From the IMG/VR virus record IMGVR_UViG_3300021197_001365, positions 13,736 to 77,735 of that record: 64,000 bases of DNA. One strand, given 5' to 3'. This DNA comes from a virus. Below, piece by piece: positions 58,248 to 64,000 of the stretch. The notes below the pieces were generated by a model. The model saw only the letters and a list, made by a program, of their open reading frames with translations, was not told the origin of the DNA and did not search any database. The translations under genes and the position numbers were made by a program. Positions within the stretch are counted from its first letter, which is position 1. Each line of letters opens with the position of its first letter.

Positions 58248-58432
58248 TATTTACTCCCCATGCGGTATTTACCGCCTCGTGCCTTGTATGTTTTTACAAG
58301 CCACCCATTTGCATAAGCTGAAGGATAAACCTTAAACTTACGCTTTGTTTCAGCCTTTACTCTTGCATACAGTTTTTTATTTGTAGGTACAGGCCTCTTT
58401 TTTGCAGTTTTTCTTTTTCGACGCGCTGCCAT
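58247..58432 (-). CDS. Highly basic small protein (61 aa)
   Basis: MAARRKRK...PTNKKLYARVK...KFKVYPSAYANGWLVKTYKARGGKY; ATG 58432 follows the upstream stop. Confidence 0.8.
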   Translation of the reverse strand: MAARRKRKTAKKRPVPTNKKLYARVKAETKRKFKVYPSAYANGWLVKTYKARGGKYRMGSK

Positions 58433-58436
58433 TTTT

Positions 58437-58664
58437 TTACGAGTTTGCGTTAATAGCAGTCTGCAAGACCGACGTGTTCTGAGCATCAGTCCAGTAAGTT
58501 TTAGCAACCATAATTTTTAGATGCTCTACGTTGCGGGATACGCAATCAGTCCATTCACTGTCAGACATCTCTGCTGGCTTGCCCGCGTTTAATAAATTCA
58601 CAGAGTCCATAGAAGCATTGTAATGTGCTTGGATTTGCTCTGTGGTTAAGGTTTCATCAGTCAT
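58437..58664 (-). CDS. Small protein accompanying tail fibre
   Basis: AAGGAG RBS; directly downstream of the fibre gene. Confidence 0.75.
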   Translation of the reverse strand: MTDETLTTEQIQAHYNASMDSVNLLNAGKPAEMSDSEWTDCVSRNVEHLKIMVAKTYWTDAQNTSVLQTAINANS

Positions 58665-58666
58665 TT

Positions 58667-60772
58667 TTAATCTCCTTTAAGTGCCGTTACTTCGGCTTTT
58701 AATGCTTCAATTTCTGCAAGCGCCTCTTGCAATGCCGACACTATAGACGGCAACAGCGTTGTATAAGCCGCTTCCAGCTTGTCAGGATTGCTTTCGTAAA
58801 CTAAACGCGGAACGTGCCAGTTTGTTTCTTGCTGTGCTGTTTTTAGCTCTTGAGCGATAAAGCCGTGGTCTGAAACGCCTACTTTGCCGCCATCTCTCAT
58901 ATTCCAATCAAACGAAACAGGCCGCAACGCTTTAATAAAATCAGAAGCATTGCCGAGGTTTTGAATGTTGTCTTTGTCTCGCGCGTCAGACAAGCCTGTT
59001 AGATCTGCTTGACAGCGCAGTGCTCCAATACTTGAGTTGCCAAGCACAACCTCGTTAGTTGCTGTTGCGCTTGATGGATCAGCCGCATAACCAATAATAG
59101 TAAGATTGGTTCCTGACGTTATGGCATCGCCTGCTTGATAGCCAACGGCTGTGTTATTACTGCCCGTGCCAAGGTAACCAGCCGTATATCCGATATAAAC
59201 ATTTCTGGCGGCGTTAGTACCTGTGTAGCCAGCATAGGTTCCCAGATAGGTATTATCAAAGCCTGTGGTAGTGTAATAGCCGGCCATATATCCGATACCG
59301 ACGTTAAAGTTTGGCGTGGTTTGGCTGTTAAGGGCATACGAACCGAAAGCAGTGTTATAGTTTCCGGTTGTATTGGTGGTCATCGCCGCATAACCAGCGG
59401 CACAGTTTCTAGCCCCAGTAGTGTTAGCGTCTAGCGCGTTATAGCCAACGGCTACGCCATAGTTGGCAGTAGTGTTTCCGAACAAGGCGTTAAGGCCAAC
59501 GGCAGTGTTGTAGCTCCCCGTCGTATTCGTTTGCAGTGCCGCAGATCCAAAAGCAGTATTGTTAATCCCACTGGTGTTGTAATACATCGCGCTTTGACCA
59601 ACAGCGGTAAGCAAAGAGCCACTTGTATTGTTGTAAAGGGTTGCGTAACCCACACTTACATTACTGTTGCTCGTTGTTAGCCTGCCGGCATAGTTGCCTA
59701 CAAACACGTTATAAGATGCTGTAGTACCGTTATATCCAGCAATTACCCCAATAGCAGTAGTGTGCTGTCCTGTAGTCAAATTATAGTGCGCGTCATTGCC
59801 CAGGCTTACGTTGTTGCTTCCAGTAGTTAGATTAACCGCGGCGGCACGCCCCACGGCGGTGTTGTTTGACCCGCTGGTAAGGTCGGTTAGCGCCGTCGCG
59901 CCCAAAGCTGTGTTGTAAGAGGCTGTAGTGCTGTTATCCAGCGCGGCATGGCCCATTGCTGTGTTTTGCGTGCCTGTTGTATTATCATTTAGCGCGTTAT
60001 AGCCAAAAGCGTTGTTATCACTACCAGTAGTGTTATTGCCAAGCGCGGCACGGCCCAGTGCATTATTATCCCCGCCTGTAGTGTTTACTGCTAAAGCGGC
60101 ATACCCAACAGCCACATTTGAGTTTGCAGTTGTATTACTTCGTAGTGCTCCATACCCAACAGCAACCATTCGGATGCCTGTTGTATTGTCCTCTAAAGCA
60201 AAACCTCCCAGTGCGGTATTATGTGCGCCGCTAGTGTTTGTCGTAAGGGCGGCGTGTCCTATTGCGGTGTTGTAGTTACCACTTAAAGACGCGTCAAGAG
60301 CCGTATCTCCAAAAGCTAGGTTGCCTGTCCCAGTTGGGAAATTGCCGTCCAGCTTAATAGTGCCGTTAACATGGAGAGTTGCAGAGGGGCTTACGCCAAT
60401 ACCTACCCGCTCACTAGAGTCAATGGTTATCGCAGTCGCATCTGCACTACTGCTAATCCCTGCAATAGTTGCACCTGCTACGGCAGTAGTTACAAAGGCA
60501 GTAGTTGCAAGTTGAGTTGTATTTGTTCCAGAGCTTGCAGTTGGAGCAGCGGGGGTACCAGTAAATGTAGGACTATTAAGAGGGGCTTTATTTGCAAGAT
60601 TTGTATCTGTAGCTAACCCGCTCGTAGCCGCAGTTACAAAGGCAGTAGTTGCAAGTCGAGTAGTATTATTACCACTTGATTGAGTTGCGGCAGTAGGATT
60701 CCCTTCAAGTGCAAGGTCGTGTGCAAGTTGAGCACTTCCTACGGAGTCATTTGATAAGTCTGTACGAGCCAT
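58667..60772 (-). CDS. Fibre/spike protein with YadA-like 14-aa repeats and C-terminal intramolecular chaperone (peptidase S74)
   Basis: APLNSPTFTGTPAAPTA...TTQLATTAFV fibre repeats; many NTAVG..AL..NTTG units; SDARDKDNI...HGFIAQE...coiled coil. Confidence 0.9.
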   Translation of the reverse strand: MARTDLSNDSVGSAQLAHDLALEGNPTAATQSSGNNTTRLATTAFVTAATSGLATDTNLANKAPLNSPTFTGTPAAPTASSGTNTTQLATTAFVTTAVAGATIAGISSSADATAITIDSSERVGIGVSPSATLHVNGTIKLDGNFPTGTGNLAFGDTALDASLSGNYNTAIGHAALTTNTSGAHNTALGGFALEDNTTGIRMVAVGYGALRSNTTANSNVAVGYAALAVNTTGGDNNALGRAALGNNTTGSDNNAFGYNALNDNTTGTQNTAMGHAALDNSTTASYNTALGATALTDLTSGSNNTAVGRAAAVNLTTGSNNVSLGNDAHYNLTTGQHTTAIGVIAGYNGTTASYNVFVGNYAGRLTTSNSNVSVGYATLYNNTSGSLLTAVGQSAMYYNTSGINNTAFGSAALQTNTTGSYNTAVGLNALFGNTTANYGVAVGYNALDANTTGARNCAAGYAAMTTNTTGNYNTAFGSYALNSQTTPNFNVGIGYMAGYYTTTGFDNTYLGTYAGYTGTNAARNVYIGYTAGYLGTGSNNTAVGYQAGDAITSGTNLTIIGYAADPSSATATNEVVLGNSSIGALRCQADLTGLSDARDKDNIQNLGNASDFIKALRPVSFDWNMRDGGKVGVSDHGFIAQELKTAQQETNWHVPRLVYESNPDKLEAAYTTLLPSIVSALQEALAEIEALKAEVTALKGD
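60489..60657. repeat. Direct repeat AGTTACAAAGGCAGTAGTTGCAAGT (x2) encoding LATTAFVT fibre repeats
   Basis: Copies at about 60489 and 60633. Confidence 0.8.
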
Positions 60773-60775
60773 AAT

Positions 60776-61021
60776 TTACACCCAATGGGAGGCTACTAGC
60801 CCCAATAGAAAAAGTATTACGGTAGCAGATGCCGCTAAAACTCTACTTTCAATTCTCTCTAAATGCTCACCAATATCATCGAGTCGATTAAAAGTAGTTT
60901 TCCAGCGTTCTTCGCACTGCGCTTCATGCGCGGCCATTCGAGACTCCAGAAGGTGAACTCTTTCAACATTAGCATATGTTTGATTTCTTACGATATCATT
61001 TATATTATCCGTCGGTTCCAT
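60776..61021 (-). CDS. Coiled-coil protein with C-terminal TM (XhlA/holin-like)
   Basis: AHEAQCEERW...RLDD...RIESR followed by VLAASATVILFLLGLVA. Confidence 0.7.
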   Translation of the reverse strand: MEPTDNINDIVRNQTYANVERVHLLESRMAAHEAQCEERWKTTFNRLDDIGEHLERIESRVLAASATVILFLLGLVASHWV

Positions 61022-61472
61022 TTAGTAATTTTTCCATCAACTTTCCGTAGTTGCCTTGGCCAAATGGAGCGCTACCATCGTTTATCTGAACATTATTTTG
61101 AGTACGAATGTTCGTAGTGTTGGCTTTTTCTGCGTCGGCCTGTGCTTTGATTTCATCCATTCTCATCTTATGAGCTATTTGTAGCAGATCTGCCAAGTCT
61201 TTACTGGAGTATACGCCACTTTCTTGAGCTTCTTCAAGTTTGGATTGTATCATCTCATCTAAAGCAGAAGCAATATTATTTTTATTGCGAAAACCCATAT
61301 CAAGATATACAGTATCAATATACTTTTTTACTTCTCGTTTATTTAAAGCTTCCACAACTGTGTTTTCCTGAACCTGGAGATGTTGGCAGACACCTCGAAT
61401 ATTCCCAAACTGCAAATATGAATTTGCAATTTCAAGTCCCTCTGGAGAAATTGTGGTTAGTTCTTTACTCAT
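61005..61472 (-). CDS. terS: Terminase small subunit (T5-like)
   Basis: ISPEGLEIANSYL, EVKKYIDTVYLDMG, SSKDLADLLQIAHKMRMDE, NYGKLMEKLL. Confidence 0.85.
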   Translation of the reverse strand: MSKELTTISPEGLEIANSYLQFGNIRGVCQHLQVQENTVVEALNKREVKKYIDTVYLDMGFRNKNNIASALDEMIQSKLEEAQESGVYSSKDLADLLQIAHKMRMDEIKAQADAEKANTTNIRTQNNVQINDGSAPFGQGNYGKLMEKLLNGTDG

Positions 61473-61479
61473 AATCTGT

Positions 61480-61519
61480 ATTCTACTTTAAAAGGGTTAA
61501 AATGTCAAGAATTAATTTT
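61480..61519 (-). promoter_or_regulatory. sigma70-type promoter for terS operon
   Basis: AAAATTAATTC-TTGACA (61508-61503), 17 bp, TAGAAT (61485-61480). Confidence 0.82.
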
Positions 61520-61538
61520 GGAGTGGTATCGTAAAACT

Positions 61539-62033
61539 TTACCAAACAGTAACTTCTATTTTTTCATTATTTGGAGGTGCAGGCCAAGGAATTGCATTCA
61601 TACTTTGAACATCTATATTATCCTTCGGCAAGTCTCTCAATACTGTTCTATAGCTTTTCCACTCTTCTTGCTGCGCTTCTGTAATAGGCGCATCAGCAAC
61701 TTGAGTCCAGTCACACATATATAGTCTTCTAGTTCTTTCTTTTTTAACATGATTCCAAAATGTATCAAAATTAAATTTCCAAGTACGAGTTTCTAAATCC
61801 CAATCCCAATAGGAGCCAGGCCTAGTCCCTTTGTGTATAAAATTATACCCTTGATCTATCCAATGGTTATCAGACCAATCTTGAATACGTCCATCAATTC
61901 CTTCTCTTTTATGAAGTATTGCAGTATTTGTTCCCTCAATAGCGCCCTCTGCAGGATATTCAGCGCCTACAGGTACGCAAGTAAGTATTTCTCGTGTTGA
62001 AATATCATATGTAATAATATAATGTACATTCAT
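61539..62033 (-). CDS. Tail fibre assembly-like protein (DUF4376-like C-terminus)
   Basis: RTRRLYMCDWTQVADAP...WKSYRTVLRDLP...IPWPAPP; AGGAG RBS. Confidence 0.8.
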   Translation of the reverse strand: MNVHYIITYDISTREILTCVPVGAEYPAEGAIEGTNTAILHKREGIDGRIQDWSDNHWIDQGYNFIHKGTRPGSYWDWDLETRTWKFNFDTFWNHVKKERTRRLYMCDWTQVADAPITEAQQEEWKSYRTVLRDLPKDNIDVQSMNAIPWPAPPNNEKIEVTVW

Positions 62034-62042
62034 ATAAGTCTC

Positions 62043-62714
62043 CTATGCAATGTATTTCGCTAAAACCAGTGTGTTTACGTTAGGAAAAGAAATCCTACTA
62101 GTGCTTGGGCCAAAGGTGCCACTATTATTAAGATCTAAGTATCCCGCATATCGTATTTTATTGTTTGTATGGTCAAAATATGCTCCTCCCCAATTAAATT
62201 CAGTAGTTATAGCTCCGATATTTTGTGTTACATACATACTTCCTAATACAAGTAAATAATAGTCAGAGGGATCAATGTTTGTTATCATCTCGTCTCCGGT
62301 ATTTGGGCCAGCATTATTAGCTGCGCCCCCGCTTAAAGTACCGGGGGGATATACTCGTTCAATTGAAAACCCTGCAAAAGTTCCTCCTGCGGAATTTCTG
62401 GTATCAAAAGCTACATCTCCATTTTGATTCAGTACTTTTAATCCATAAGCTCCAGAAGATGTAAACCCACTTGTTGCATTTGCTACTCTCGCTACAAAAT
62501 GATGAGTAATACCTATATTTTGAGTACTTGCAGGTAAATTTGCTCCTATAACACCTGTTGAAGTTCTTTGGGCAAAAACTAAGTCTCCTGCAGTATAACT
62601 TGAAATAAATCCAGTGGTTCTTGGAGTTACTACTTGGAAACCCTTATAGTTGCTACTACTGCCATCTATTGTAAGCTGGCCGCTTGCTGTGAATGCTTTT
62701 AGTCCATATGTCAT
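62043..62714 (-). CDS. Tail tip/fibre accessory protein
   Basis: Two YGLK.....G....D motifs typical of fibre-associated adaptor proteins; GAGGTG RBS. Confidence 0.65.
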   Translation of the reverse strand: MTYGLKAFTASGQLTIDGSSSNYKGFQVVTPRTTGFISSYTAGDLVFAQRTSTGVIGANLPASTQNIGITHHFVARVANATSGFTSSGAYGLKVLNQNGDVAFDTRNSAGGTFAGFSIERVYPPGTLSGGAANNAGPNTGDEMITNIDPSDYYLLVLGSMYVTQNIGAITTEFNWGGAYFDHTNNKIRYAGYLDLNNSGTFGPSTSRISFPNVNTLVLAKYIA

Positions 62715-62715
62715 T

Positions 62716-63999
62716 TTAGCACCTCACGATATAATATGGAGTATTTGCTGGAAGATCACGAGAAGTATTATTTGTTATAGTAAATTGATTGGTTTGTCGA
62801 GTTACTCCAATAGACCCTCCAATATATCCTGTTCCTAGATTAGGGCTTATAAGTATAATTACTTCTGCTCCGTTTGTTGCAGTAACTTCAGGGGCTGAAA
62901 GTCCTGTGCGGGTGCCTCCGTTAGCGGCAATTGCGGCGCCTGTAGTACCTGCAAGAATTAAACCCGCAGATCTTTGGCTGGGCGATATAACATTATTTCC
63001 GGAACTAGATTTTACTACTAATCCATAAGTTCCGGTAGCCGAAGGCCCTCCTGTTGAACCGCCCGTCGCTCCTGTGGACGTATCAGTAATTGTAAAATTT
63101 GCACTAGTAATAGGATTTGTGTCTCCATTTCTATTCGGAGCAGATGAATACAACTTAACTGTACTTGTCTCATCTCCTTCTGTTGTATTATCAGCGGCTG
63201 TTTGAATAGATATTCCTGAGCCTGAGGGCACAGTACCAGAAGAACTTGTAGTAAATTGTCCTGCAGTAGTCACAAAATCCGAGTAATCAAAAAGTCTCCA
63301 ATAGTAGGTAAAGTTATTTGATAGTCCAGATATTTTACCATTTGCAGTTGTGAGTTCTTGAGTTGCTCCTTCATTCATAGTAGCAGGACTGAGGGTGGGA
63401 CTTCCGCCGGTTACAGTTCTTTGAACGGTTACAGTTTGGCCGGAAATATTTGTCCAATTTGACTCAATGTTATCTGAAGGCCCTCCCCTAGTATTCGCTC
63501 TCTTTCCACTTAACTGATATGTATAGGTTGCTGCAGTTCCATCTGGGGGCAAATCTCCGTCATTCTCTAGTAATGTTATATCGGCAGCTCCGCCACTTTC
63601 TCCAACTTTACTTTTTCTCCATGCTGGATTTATATTACTGGTTATAAGTCTGTAAACACTATTAGCAAAAAGAGTATTACTTCCTGATGGATTTGTAATT
63701 GTAAAAGTTGCACTTTGACCATCAGTCGCACTACCTGTACTAGTTACTTGTCTTGTACTTGGGCTAATTGTTACGCTACTATCAAAATCGGTTAGAAATG
63801 GTACGGTTAAAACAGTAGAGCTTGAAACATTACTAGCTGACCTTCGAGCCCAATAATATCTTGTTGTGTTTCTCGGGTGCGAAAAGGGTGTACCTTCCGA
63901 CTCCCAGGTTGCTCCCGTAATAGAGTTAGAAGTAGTTTGTGCAAATTGTAAAGTTCCGTTAGCGCCTGGGGTAGACCCCGAGGTTACTGTAACCGTAAC
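62716..63999 (-). CDS. Large beta-rich virion/receptor-binding protein, 5'-truncated by window edge
   Basis: Frame stays open from 63999; FN3/Calx-beta-like segments (TRYYWARR, AADNTTEGDET), C-terminal YGLVVKSSSG motif. Confidence 0.7.
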   Translation of the reverse strand, partial: VTVTVTSGSTPGANGTLQFAQTTSNSITGATWESEGTPFSHPRNTTRYYWARRSASNVSSSTVLTVPFLTDFDSSVTISPSTRQVTSTGSATDGQSATFTITNPSGSNTLFANSVYRLITSNINPAWRKSKVGESGGAADITLLENDGDLPPDGTAATYTYQLSGKRANTRGGPSDNIESNWTNISGQTVTVQRTVTGGSPTLSPATMNEGATQELTTANGKISGLSNNFTYYWRLFDYSDFVTTAGQFTTSSSGTVPSGSGISIQTAADNTTEGDETSTVKLYSSAPNRNGDTNPITSANFTITDTSTGATGGSTGGPSATGTYGLVVKSSSGNNVISPSQRSAGLILAGTTGAAIAANGGTRTGLSAPEVTATNGAEVIILISPNLGTGYIGGSIGVTRQTNQFTITNNTSRDLPANTPYYIVRC

Positions 64000-64000
64000 A

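Larger units (their letters stand above)
1..64000. mobile_element. Segment of a T5-like lytic siphophage genome (convergent early + strand and late - strand arms)
   Basis: Continuous phage replication, packaging, head and tail genes in T5-like order; no host housekeeping genes or integrase. Confidence 0.95.

Noticed and set aside
58433-58507. N-terminal extension of the 86-aa ORF
   Set aside because: Overlaps the upstream gene; ATG 58432 is the natural start
59100-60300. Repeats considered as a CRISPR array or DGR template/variable repeat
   Set aside because: Repeats are degenerate protein-level units; no identical spaced DNA repeats, no adenine-specific variant pair and no reverse transcriptase seen in the window
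22734-63028. Numerous + strand ORFs antisense to structural genes (e.g. 40280, 44524, 51398)
   Set aside because: Shadow ORFs expected from the codon bias of Thr/Ala/Gly-rich genes; no RBS or motifs
1-64000. tRNA genes or a reassigned genetic code
   Set aside because: Intergenic gaps are short and explained by promoters/terminators; no cloverleaf noticed; long genes read intact with all three stop codons used as stops

Overview
A 64-kb segment of a lytic, T5-like (Demerecviridae-related) tailed dsDNA phage, probably aquatic or marine and infecting a Gram-negative host (it carries spanins). The + strand (1-22144) is the early/replication arm in T5 gene order: T4-type lysozyme (partial), HNH nuclease, DenV-family glycosylase, DUF3310, D2/D3/PC4-like proteins, split NAD-dependent ligase, D5, DnaB-like D6, primase, PolA, D10-D15, and class Ia nrdAB. 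The - strand (22154-64000) is the late arm: a receptor/fibre module, terS, an inserted block (chaperoned fibre, very basic mini-proteins, holin-like, DUF1353, spanins), terL, HNH nickase, portal, a protease-capsid fusion, T5-like head/tail completion and tail tube genes, frameshifted tail chaperones, tape measure, a lambda-type M-L-K-I-J tail tip, and accessory fibre/LamG proteins. Ten near-consensus sigma70 promoters share an AAAAATAnTTCTTGACA-type upstream motif. The most notable items are the protease-capsid ORF with an internal RBS/ATG, an EF-hand-bearing holin candidate, an AT-hook/basic-peptide cluster between terS and terL, a degenerate UDG-like domain on PolA, and an SD-sequestering leader hairpin. 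I saw no tRNA, CRISPR array, integrase, intron/intein or reverse transcriptase. Family assignments come from motif recognition and synteny, not database searches.
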